The position numbers and the translations under genes are program-made. The notes under the pieces are model-generated. The model saw nothing but the letters and a program-made list of their open reading frames with translations, was not told the DNA's origin and searched no databases. 25,290 nucleotides of DNA from Candidatus Methylomirabilales bacterium. GTDB taxonomy: Bacteria > Methylomirabilota > Methylomirabilia > Methylomirabilales > CSP1-5. The DNA is taken from positions 1-25,290 of the forward strand of contig JBHIAH010000036.1 of assembly GCA_046758505.1 (NCBI GenBank), written 5' to 3'. Below, one piece after another: positions 8,300 to 15,326 of this stretch. Positions within the stretch are counted from its first letter, which is position 1. Every line of letters begins with the position of its first letter.

Positions 8300-8757
8300 A
8301 GCGCCCGCACGGTCTCTTCCATGTGGTGCAGGTGCGTCCCTCCCCAGAAGATTCGCCCGCACTCCTCGCAATGAAAGAACACGTCATGATGCCGAAAGAC
8401 GTAGTCCGGGACACGCCCCGCGGCTCGGTCTTTCCTTAGGGGGGCGAGGGACCGATTACAGCGAAGACACCGGCTCCCAAGCCGCTCCCCAACCCTGAGC
8501 CCGAGTACGCCGGCCACCTGTCGTAGCTGGTCCCACACATGATCATGGTGGATAAAGAGGATCCGGCAGAGCCGACGCCGCAGGAGGATGCGCGTATCCC
8601 GAGTCAGGAGGATCCGTCCCTCGCGCATTGCGAGGGTGATCAGGTGCCCGTCCGGGGCATCTCGGAAATAGAGGGTGTCGTACCCCAGGATCCGAAGCCA
8701 CTTGGCCAACTTGCCCAGCATGCTATCGGCGACGAACCGGATTTCCTTCTCGCTCAT
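8290..8757 (-). CDS. Mut7-C RNase domain protein (PIN-like fold plus Zn ribbon)
   Basis: FVADSMLGKLAKWLRILGYDT, RILLTRD, SRCLRCN and CEECGRIFWGGTH. Confidence 0.92.
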   Translation of the reverse strand: MSEKEIRFVADSMLGKLAKWLRILGYDTLYFRDAPDGHLITLAMREGRILLTRDTRILLRRRLCRILFIHHDHVWDQLRQVAGVLGLRVGERLGSRCLRCNRSLAPLRKDRAAGRVPDYVFRHHDVFFHCEECGRIFWGGTHLHHMEETVRALCG

Positions 8758-8830
8758 GACCGGAATCTCCGTGCCAGGCCATCACCATACCATACCGCCC
8801 TCCTCCTGAACAGGGGGCAGCCCTCTCGGG

Positions 8831-9063
8831 AGCCGTCAGCCGTCAGCTATGAGGGGCAAACAGCTGCAAGGCTGGAAAGCTAGAATGCTTGGAGGCTCGA
8901 ACCCGAGAATGCCCACAGGTTTGCAAGGGAGAATCCCAGGAAGCCCGAAAGACTCTCCCGCTTCGTCCTCGGTAGCCTCATAGCTTACCAGCGTTCTCGC
9001 GTCCCAGCTTCCGAACGTTCTAGCGCTACTGACTGCTGATTGGTGATTGCTGACAGCTGATGG
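8831..9063. repeat. Nested inverted repeat arrays: outer 7-mers (TCAGC/GCTGA core), inner 8-mers (GCTnGAAn-like)
   Basis: Outer arms are agccgtc agccgtc agctatg (8831-8851) and ctgactg ctgattg gtgattg ctgacag ctgatgg (9029-9063). Inner arms are gctgcaag gctggaaa gctagaat gcttggag gctcgaac... (8863-8950) and tcggtagc ctcatagc ttaccagc gttctcgc gtcccagc ttccgaac gttctagc (8969-9024). Confidence 0.8.
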
Positions 9064-9065
9064 AA

Positions 9066-9097
9066 TTGACATTGACACGCTGTCCCTTTCGTACTAT
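9066..9097 (+). promoter_or_regulatory. Possible sigma70 promoter for the MgtE_N/CBS gene
   Basis: Tandem TTGACA TTGACA (9066-9077) and TACTAT (9092-9097). The spacing of 14 or 20 nt is non-optimal. Confidence 0.35.
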
Positions 9098-9122
9098 GTA
9101 GGCCGTGGTGGGAGGGGTCCCC

Positions 9123-10415
9123 ATGCAGCAGGAACCTCCAGAACGGATTACATTTCTGACGCGTCTGCAGTCGCGGCCGGTTTTGGACAGCCGCGGCAGG
9201 ACGGTGGGAACGGTGAAGGACCTCGGAGTGCTGTTCTGGGGAATCCACCCCCGGGTGGGTAAGCTGAGCATCGCCCGGGCCGGCGAGGGAGACTTGCTGC
9301 TCCCCTGGGACGTGGTGGCGGAGATGGCGGAGACGCCAAGAGGCCCCACCATCATCCTGGATCGCCCCGCCGAAGAGCTCACCCCCACCGATCTCCGGGG
9401 AGACGAGATGGCGCTCGGACGCAACATCCTGGACAAGAAAGTGATGGATACCCACCGTCACCGGGTGGTCCGCGTCAACGATGTGCAGCTCGAGTGGCGA
9501 GACGACGGCTACCACGTGGTGGCCGTGCTCGCCGGGATGCACAGCTTACTTCGCCGACTCCTCCCCGAGAGACTTTGCGAGAGGATCGTCTCGAGCTTCG
9601 GGGTCGAGATCCCCCGGGAGGTGGTCCCCTGGGAGCACGTCGAGCCCATCGAGACCGAACTGACCTGGGCACGAAAGCAGGCCGTCTACACGAAACTCGC
9701 GCAACTCCACCCGGCAGACATCGCCGATATCATGGAGGAGCTGAACCCGGGCGAGCGGGCGGCCATCCTCAACGCCTTGGACGCCGAGACGGCAGTCGAG
9801 GCCCTGACGGAGACCGAGGCCGAGGTCCAAGCCGGTTTGATCCAGATGCTCGAGCCGGAGAAGGCCTCGGACCTGCTCGAGATGATGGAGCCGGACGAGG
9901 CGGCGGACATCCTGGGGGACCTCCCCCAATCCAAGGCCCAAGAGTTGCTGCAAGAGATGGAACCGGCCGAAGCGGAAGATGTGGCGGAACTCTTAGAGCA
10001 TGAGGAAGACACCGCCGGTGGGATGATGACAACCGAGTACGTGGCTTTCCCTCCCGAGGCCACGGTGGGCCAGACCCTGGAGAAACTGAAGGCGATGGCG
10101 GAAGAGGTAGAGACCATCTACTATGTCTACGTGGTCGATCCGTCCGAGCGGCTGCTAGGGGTGGCCAGCCTGCGGGAGTTCATGATGGCCCGTGCCGAGC
10201 AGCGGCTCGACGAGATCATGACCCCGCACGTCATCACCGTCAAGCCCGAGGCCCCCCTCAGGGCGGTGGCCGAGACGCTGTCGAAATATAATCTCCTGGC
10301 CCTCCCGGTGGCGGATGCAGAAAGGAAGCTCGAGGGGATCGTGACCGTCGATGACGTCCTCGACGATCTGATCCCAATGATATGGAAGCAGCGGACGGCA
10401 AAAAAGTACATATAG
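9123..10415 (+). CDS. Soluble PRC-barrel + MgtE N-terminal + tandem CBS domain protein (no MgtE transmembrane domain)
   Basis: Two PRC-like segments (VLDSRGRTVGTVKDL; ILDKKVMDTHRHRVVRVNDV), LHPADIADIMEEL, MEPDEAADIL, EDTAGGMMTTEY, IYYVYVVD, KYNLLALPV and GIVTVDDVLD. The protein ends without TM helices. RBS GGAGG upstream. Confidence 0.9.
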   Translation: MQQEPPERITFLTRLQSRPVLDSRGRTVGTVKDLGVLFWGIHPRVGKLSIARAGEGDLLLPWDVVAEMAETPRGPTIILDRPAEELTPTDLRGDEMALGRNILDKKVMDTHRHRVVRVNDVQLEWRDDGYHVVAVLAGMHSLLRRLLPERLCERIVSSFGVEIPREVVPWEHVEPIETELTWARKQAVYTKLAQLHPADIADIMEELNPGERAAILNALDAETAVEALTETEAEVQAGLIQMLEPEKASDLLEMMEPDEAADILGDLPQSKAQELLQEMEPAEAEDVAELLEHEEDTAGGMMTTEYVAFPPEATVGQTLEKLKAMAEEVETIYYVYVVDPSERLLGVASLREFMMARAEQRLDEIMTPHVITVKPEAPLRAVAETLSKYNLLALPVADAERKLEGIVTVDDVLDDLIPMIWKQRTAKKYI

Positions 10416-10508
10416 GACGCTCTCAGCAGGAGGACCCTCCAGACCGCTCGGACGGTGATCTGCGCAATTGTGGCGCAGCGTCATGGGCCGGGCGGGGCGA
10501 GGCGCGCT

Positions 10509-11744
10509 ATGCGAATGGCGCACCGGCACAAGCGGCGGCTCCTCGTCTTTTTGTCGATCATGGGGCCGGGAATCATCACCGCCAGCGTGGATCAGGACGC
10601 GGGTGGGATCGCCACCTACTCCCTGGCAGGCGCCCAATACGGCTATACCCTGCTCTGGGCCCTCTTCTTGACCACCATCAGTCTCGCCGTCGTGCAGGAG
10701 ATGGGGAGTCGGATGGGGGTGGTGACCGGCAAGGGACTGGGGGAGCTGATTCGGGAGCGTTACGGCGTCCGCCCCGCCGTGCTAATCCTCGTGATCCTCG
10801 TCCTCGCCAACCTGGCCAACACCATCGCCGAATTCGCCGGGGTGGCCGCTGCCTTTGAGATCTTCGGCGTCCCCCGGTTTCTCTCCGTTCCCCTCACCGC
10901 TTGCTTCGTCTCCTGGCTCGTCGTACAAGGGACGTACGCCAGAGTGGAGCGGGTCTTCCTCATCGCAAGCGCCTTGTACCTGCTCTATGTGGTCTCCGCC
11001 GTCCTGGCCGACCCGCCCTGGGCCGCGGTCCTCCGCCAGACGATCCGCCCCTCCTTTCAGATGGATCGAAACTATCTCGTCATGCTGATCACGCTGGTTG
11101 GGACCACGATCGCCCCCTGGATGCAATTCTACCTGCAGTCCTCCACCGTGGATAAGGGACTCCGGTGGAGAGATTACAAGTACGCCCGCCTCGACGTAAT
11201 CATCGGAGCCTTCGTGGCCAGCGGCGTGGCCTACTTTATCATCGTCGCCTGCGCGGCCACGCTCAACGCGCACGGCATCCGTATCGAGACGGCCGTGGAT
11301 GCGGCCAGGGCACTCGAGCCCTTCGCCGGGCCGTATGCCAGCCTCTTCTTTGCCCTGGGGCTCCTCAATGCCTCGATCTTCTCGGCAGCCGTGCTCCCTC
11401 TGAGCACGGCCTATGCCACCTGCGAGGCTCTTGGCTGGGAGACCGGCGTGGACCGGCGTCCCCGAGAGGCACCGGAATTTTTCACCATCTACCTGGTCAT
11501 GATCGGGATCGGGGCCGCCACCATCCTCTGGCCCCATCTACCCCTCATTCCCATCATGTTCCTCTCCCAGACGCTGAACGGCATCCTCCTCCCGTTCACG
11601 CTGATCATCGTGCTCCAGCTGGTCAACGATCGCGAGATCATGGGAGAGGCGGTCAACTCGCCCCTCTTGAACCTCATCGGGTGGGGCACCGCCTTCTTGA
11701 TGTCCGCCCTCACCCTCCTCCTCCTACTCACCCTGATTTTCTGA
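10509..11744 (+). CDS. Nramp-family divalent metal transporter, NRMT (Mg2+-type) subgroup
   Basis: MGPGIITASVDQDAGGIATYS.AGAQYGY.LLW, QEM..RMGVVTGKGL and GTTIAPWMQFY with about 11 TM. The canonical DPGN and MPH motifs are absent. Start ATG 10509 or 10515 (uncertain). Confidence 0.88.
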   Translation: MRMAHRHKRRLLVFLSIMGPGIITASVDQDAGGIATYSLAGAQYGYTLLWALFLTTISLAVVQEMGSRMGVVTGKGLGELIRERYGVRPAVLILVILVLANLANTIAEFAGVAAAFEIFGVPRFLSVPLTACFVSWLVVQGTYARVERVFLIASALYLLYVVSAVLADPPWAAVLRQTIRPSFQMDRNYLVMLITLVGTTIAPWMQFYLQSSTVDKGLRWRDYKYARLDVIIGAFVASGVAYFIIVACAATLNAHGIRIETAVDAARALEPFAGPYASLFFALGLLNASIFSAAVLPLSTAYATCEALGWETGVDRRPREAPEFFTIYLVMIGIGAATILWPHLPLIPIMFLSQTLNGILLPFTLIIVLQLVNDREIMGEAVNSPLLNLIGWGTAFLMSALTLLLLLTLIF

Positions 11745-11960
11745 GGTCACTCCGCACGACCCGAGGGTGCAGAAGATTGGCGGCTGCTAGACTTTTGGAG
11801 AGGCTGATCCAACTTATTGGCATTTCTCAGAAAGGCCGCCGCTATTAATGGTGACTATGATAAGGAGATGCCTTATTAAAGTTGTTGAGCCAAAACCTTC
11901 ATAGCAACTTTTCCGTGTTAACTCTTTTGGCAAACACGCGGACGGAATTGATGAAAGTGG

Positions 11961-12104
11961 TTGGTCAAGGCGGTCATCTTGCGGGAGATCACGGGGCGAG
12001 AGTGGAAACGTGTATATTGCGCCGAGGAACTCCTGCGGCCCATCGAAGGACAATCGACACAATCCAGAAGGACACGATCGAGAGACGATCGGTCGCGACC
12101 ATGA
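11961..12104 (+). pseudogene. Probable 3' remnant of a Fic-family protein (C-terminal winged-helix tail)
   Basis: Manual translation from 11961 gives LVKAVILREITGREWKRVYCAEELLRPIEG, resembling the L...GIL.E.TG..RNRV(F/Y).A..(I/L)L tail of Fic proteins. In-frame stops lie just upstream and no Fic core is seen. Recognised by eye only. Confidence 0.5.
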
Positions 12105-12120
12105 GGTGAGTGGTTTCCCG

Positions 12121-12149
12121 GTGACAACGCCTTAGCTGTCCTTTATGAT
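12121..12149 (+). promoter_or_regulatory. Putative sigma70 promoter of radC
   Basis: GTGACA-17 nt-TATGAT, ending 38 nt before the GTG start. Confidence 0.55.
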
Positions 12150-12187
12150 GCACCCCAAACGATGATCCGGAAATTCAGGAGCGACCG

Positions 12188-12919
12188 GTGCGGCGACGAC
12201 GGTATCCGCGGGCGATCAGGGAGTGGCCGGAGGGAGAACGACCCCGGGAACGCCTCCTCAAGGACGGTCCCGAGCGTCTGACGACCGCCGAACTCCTCGG
12301 CATCCTGTGCCGCACAGGCGCGAAGGGCCGCAGCGCGGTCGACCTGGGTCGGGACCTCTTGCAAATCTTCGGGGGCCTGCGGGGACTCAGCGCCGCCAAC
12401 CCGCAAGACCTGCAGACCGTCAAGGGCCTGGGAAAAGCCAAGATTGCGCAACTGCAGGCCGCCCTCGAACTCGGGCGTCGCTCCCTGAGCGAGTCCAGGC
12501 GGATCCTCGGAAGAGTGCAGTCCTCCGAGGACGTCTACGCATTCCTGCGGCCAGAGATGCGGGACCTCACCAAGGAGGTCTTTCGCGTGCTGCTCCTCAA
12601 TGGTCAGAATGAGATCCTGCAGGTCGTCACCGCACACGAAGGGTCCCTCACCGAGAGCCCGGTCTACCCGCGCGACATCATGCAGCTGGCCAATCGCCAC
12701 CACGCCGCGGCCCTCATCTGTGCCCACAACCATCCATCGGGGAACCCCAAGCCCAGCGCCACGGACAAGGCGATCACCAAAGAGCTGGTCCACGCCGGCA
12801 AGATCATGCGGGTGAAGGTCCTGGACCACCTGATCATCGGGGACGATCGCTACTTTAGCTTTGCGGATGCCGGGCTGATTGCGCAGTTCGAGCGCGCCTA
12901 CGGTCGCCGCCGCCCCTGA
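12188..12919 (+). CDS. radC: RadC / JAB (MPN) domain protein
   Basis: IREWPEGERPRERLL, ELLGIL, HhH motif GLGKAK, E.FRVLLL, HNHPSGNPKPS..D, VLDHLII and YFSFAD. RBS AGGAG upstream. Confidence 0.95.
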   Translation: MRRRRYPRAIREWPEGERPRERLLKDGPERLTTAELLGILCRTGAKGRSAVDLGRDLLQIFGGLRGLSAANPQDLQTVKGLGKAKIAQLQAALELGRRSLSESRRILGRVQSSEDVYAFLRPEMRDLTKEVFRVLLLNGQNEILQVVTAHEGSLTESPVYPRDIMQLANRHHAAALICAHNHPSGNPKPSATDKAITKELVHAGKIMRVKVLDHLIIGDDRYFSFADAGLIAQFERAYGRRRP

Positions 12920-12926
12920 GACACGA

Positions 12927-12968
12927 GGCGGCCAGCTGTCAGCGATCGGCGTAAGGCGAAAGGCAGGA
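12927..12968. repeat. Orphan single arm of a degenerate heptamer array
   Basis: ggcggcc agctgtc agcgatc ggcgtaa ggcgaaa ggcagga, i.e. RGC at period 7, directly after the radC stop. Confidence 0.5.
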
Positions 12969-12984
12969 GCCGGATCTGCTGCGT

Positions 12985-13650
12985 TTAGATGGTTTGCCCG
13001 GGAATGCCGACGGGCAGCCCGCGGGGGAGCGTGCGGGCCCTCTCGAGGCGGTCGCACAGCGGGGTGTCGAACAACAGCTCAGGCAACGCCTCGGGCTCGG
13101 GATAGATGACCTGCCAATGTCCGGCGGCGATCTCGGCCCGCAGCTGCCCCGGCGCCCAGCCGGACACCCCCAGACAGGCAACCACCTGCCTGACCCCCGC
13201 CGTCCCCGCACCAATATCCCGCAGCACGTCGGCAGTCTGGGTGATCCCTACCACGCCCAGGTTCCAGGAACGCGGCCATTTCCCCGGGGGAGTGTGAATG
13301 AGGGAGAGAAGGCCACCCCGCCCAACGGGACCTCCGTACAGCACCTCCGACTCGGCGTATCGATCGAAGGTGGCGCGATCACGGAACTGGATTTTCATCC
13401 GGGCCATGATGCGGCCCAGGCTTCGGTGGCCCGCCTTGTTGACGATCAGCCCCTCGGTCCCTTGCGGCCCGTGCTCGAACAGGAGGACGACGGAGTCGCG
13501 GAACGGCGGGGTCCGGATCTTGGCGAGCAGCAGCGCCCCTGCGACCGGTGGTTTTTCCCCGGCCCGGGCGAAGCCCCGGGGAAGAAGGATGGAGAGGCCT
13601 CCCGCCCCCAGGGCGGAAAGGAACGCCCTCCGGTTCAAGCGCTGTGGCAT
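12985..13650 (-). CDS. YqgE/AlgH (DUF179) family protein with a Tat-type signal peptide
   Basis: LNRRAFL twin-arginine motif, hydrophobic stretch and ARA site, then F.DSVVLL.EH...G..GLIVNK, YGGPV and G.SGWAPGQL..EI..G.W. RBS AAAGGAG precedes ATG 13650. Confidence 0.85.
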   Translation of the reverse strand: MPQRLNRRAFLSALGAGGLSILLPRGFARAGEKPPVAGALLLAKIRTPPFRDSVVLLFEHGPQGTEGLIVNKAGHRSLGRIMARMKIQFRDRATFDRYAESEVLYGGPVGRGGLLSLIHTPPGKWPRSWNLGVVGITQTADVLRDIGAGTAGVRQVVACLGVSGWAPGQLRAEIAAGHWQVIYPEPEALPELLFDTPLCDRLERARTLPRGLPVGIPGQTI

Positions 13651-13729
13651 AGGGAAATCTCCTTTCCGGCAGAAAAGCAGTGCAGCTTTTCCCAGGATTC
13701 GGCACACAACATCCAGCAAGGGAATCGAG

Positions 13730-14170
13730 TCAGTGCCTTTGCCGGAGCGCCTCGATCCGGGCGCGGATAGCCGACGCCCCTGCCGACGTTGGCTCCAGCC
13801 GAAGAGACCGCTCATATAAAGCGATCGCATCGGCGAACTGGCCCTCCTCTTCGAACAGGAGGGCGAGGGCCCGGTGGAGCGCAGCGTCATCAGGGCTCAG
13901 GCGGAGGGCGGCCCGATATTCGCGAATCGCCTCCGCCCGCTTACCGAGCCCCGCATACACCTGCGCCCGCTCACGGTGCATCACGGAGGACGATCCCGGC
14001 CTCGACGGGACGAGTTCATGCCCACCCCACAGCGCCACGATGGCGATTCCGACGACCACGACGCAGACCGCTATCAGGAAAAAGCTGATCCGCCAATCGA
14101 GCCAGAATCGGCCAAGGGGAATGCGGCGTCCCCGCGGCACCGGAGTGTCAGGGGTGTTCGGCCTGGGCAT
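13730..14170 (-). CDS. Membrane-anchored TPR protein
   Basis: One TM helix (ISFFLIAVCVVVVGIAIVALW), then two TPR motifs (A..Y...G...EA...YR.AL.L.P; LA......G...DA...YE.SL.L.P). Confidence 0.8.
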   Translation of the reverse strand: MPRPNTPDTPVPRGRRIPLGRFWLDWRISFFLIAVCVVVVGIAIVALWGGHELVPSRPGSSSVMHRERAQVYAGLGKRAEAIREYRAALRLSPDDAALHRALALLFEEEGQFADAIALYERSLRLEPTSAGASAIRARIEALRQRH

Positions 14171-14199
14171 GGCTTTTCTCGTCGTTGGGTGACATGCCC

Positions 14200-14228
14200 A
14201 TGCTAAAGAAGAGCAGCGGCCTTGTCAA
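14200..14228 (-). promoter_or_regulatory. Putative sigma70 promoter of the TPR-YqgE unit
   Basis: Minus strand TTGACA (14228-14223)-17 nt-TAGCAT (14205-14200). Confidence 0.7.
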
Positions 14229-14274
14229 TGCCGTCCCACCGGCGTGTTCCGCGCGGCGCGAGACGAGTTTGGGG

Positions 14275-14303
14275 TTGCAAAATCGCCGTAAACGCGCTAG
14301 CCT
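14275..14303 (+). promoter_or_regulatory. Putative sigma70 promoter of the ftsEX operon
   Basis: TTGCAA-17 nt-TAGCCT, upstream of the GGGGAG RBS and ATG 14342. Confidence 0.6.
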
Positions 14304-14341
14304 CCGGCGAAAGCGGGAACGCGAGGACGCGGGGAGACGTG

Positions 14342-15004
14342 ATGATTCAGATGTTTCATGTCTCCAAGATCTATCCAAAGGAGGTGGTGGCCCTCTCGGA
14401 CATCACCCTCCACATCCAGAAGGGGGAATTCGTCTACCTCTGTGGCCCAAGCGGCGCCGGAAAAACCACCCTCCTGCGCCTCGTCTTTCGGGATGAACTG
14501 CCCACCTCCGGCCAGATTCTGGTGAACGGCCGCAATGTCGTCCGGCTTCGGGAGAGCAAGCTGCCATCCCTGCGGCGCAGCATCGGCGTGATCTTCCAGG
14601 ATTTCAAACTCCTCATGGACCGGAGCGTGTACGACAATCTCCACCTGGTCACCCGGGTCCTGGGAATCCCGGAGGCCATCAGCCGGCGCAAGATCGGCCG
14701 CCTCCTGAAAGAGGTCGGCCTGCTCCAGAAGGCCGATCAGATTCCCTACAAGTTGTCAGGCGGGGAGCAGCAGCGGGTCGCCATCGCCAGGGCCCTGATG
14801 AGCGACCCGGCGATCCTCCTGGCGGATGAGCCGACCGGGAACCTCGATCCGGATCTCGCCCTGGACGTCATGCGCCTCTTGGGGGAGGTGAACATCCGCG
14901 GGACCACGGTGGTCGTGGCCACCCACAACCCCAAGCTCGTCTCCGAGATGGGTCACCGCACCCTCGTGCTGAAGCACGGACGCCTGGTGGAGGAGATCCC
15001 GTAA
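14342..15004 (+). CDS. ftsE: Cell division ATP-binding protein FtsE
   Basis: [11 protein letters not shown], Walker [46 protein letters not shown] and VATH. Lies upstream of ftsX. Confidence 0.95.
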   Translation: MIQMFHVSKIYPKEVVALSDITLHIQKGEFVYLCGPSGAGKTTLLRLVFRDELPTSGQILVNGRNVVRLRESKLPSLRRSIGVIFQDFKLLMDRSVYDNLHLVTRVLGIPEAISRRKIGRLLKEVGLLQKADQIPYKLSGGEQQRVAIARALMSDPAILLADEPTGNLDPDLALDVMRLLGEVNIRGTTVVVATHNPKLVSEMGHRTLVLKHGRLVEEIP

Positions 15005-15323
15005 TGCCGTTCCAACTATTCACGCCAACCCGGAGAAACTGATGCACTACACCTACGCGCTGGTGAGCCAACCGGACAAGAGGATCTCCACAGGCAGCAC
15101 CAAAGACCTTCGGAATAGGGTCCGTGAACACGCGGAAGGTCGCATCCGCTCAACTGCATACCGACGACCCGTGACGCTAATCTACTACAAGGCTTGCCTG
15201 AGTGCCGACGATGCCTTGCGCAGGGAGCGATTCCTCATGACCGGTAAGGGGAAGCGTTACCTACGCCACCGCCTCACTTCCTTCTTCGCAGGCATTCGGG
15301 ACAAGAAGTTGGAACGGTACTAA
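15002..15323. mobile_element. Putative inverted-repeat-bounded GIY-YIG cassette inserted between ftsE and ftsX
   Basis: Left end TAATGCCGTTCCAACT (15002-15017) matches the reverse complement of AGTTGGAACGGTACTA (15307-15322) at 14/16, with an 11-bp perfect core. TAA occurs at both ends (15002-15004 and 15321-15323). Confidence 0.6.
15042..15323 (+). CDS. Small stand-alone GIY-YIG nuclease family protein (possibly degenerate)
   Basis: YTYAL.S...(S)TGST.DL..R..EH..G...ST..RRP..LIYY.AC....A.RRE.FL.TG.G pattern. RBS GGAG upstream. Confidence 0.85.
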   Translation: MHYTYALVSQPDKRISTGSTKDLRNRVREHAEGRIRSTAYRRPVTLIYYKACLSADDALRRERFLMTGKGKRYLRHRLTSFFAGIRDKKLERY

Positions 15324-15326
15324 CCC

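Noticed and set aside
8836..9078. Short ORFs across repeat regions (8836-9078, 18879-19154, and the extended starts of tsaD and the M23 gene)
   Set aside because: Their SAISSQ/LTAD-like peptides are translation artefacts of heptamer repeats.
10416..10508. Possible Mg2+/Mn2+ riboswitch between the MgtE_N and Nramp genes
   Set aside because: The gap is short, with only weak hairpins and no recognisable M-box or yybP-ykoY consensus by eye. An Rfam scan would be decisive.
11814..12127. ORF-track ORFs 11814-12062 (-), 11882-12109 (+) and 11918-12127 (-)
   Set aside because: No RBS or motif support. A different plus frame carrying the Fic-like tail explains the region better.
12188..12919. radC as evidence of a prophage, ICE or anti-restriction island
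   Set aside because: It is the full-length form with the N-terminal HhH region, typical of chromosomal copies, and no integrase or conjugation genes are nearby.
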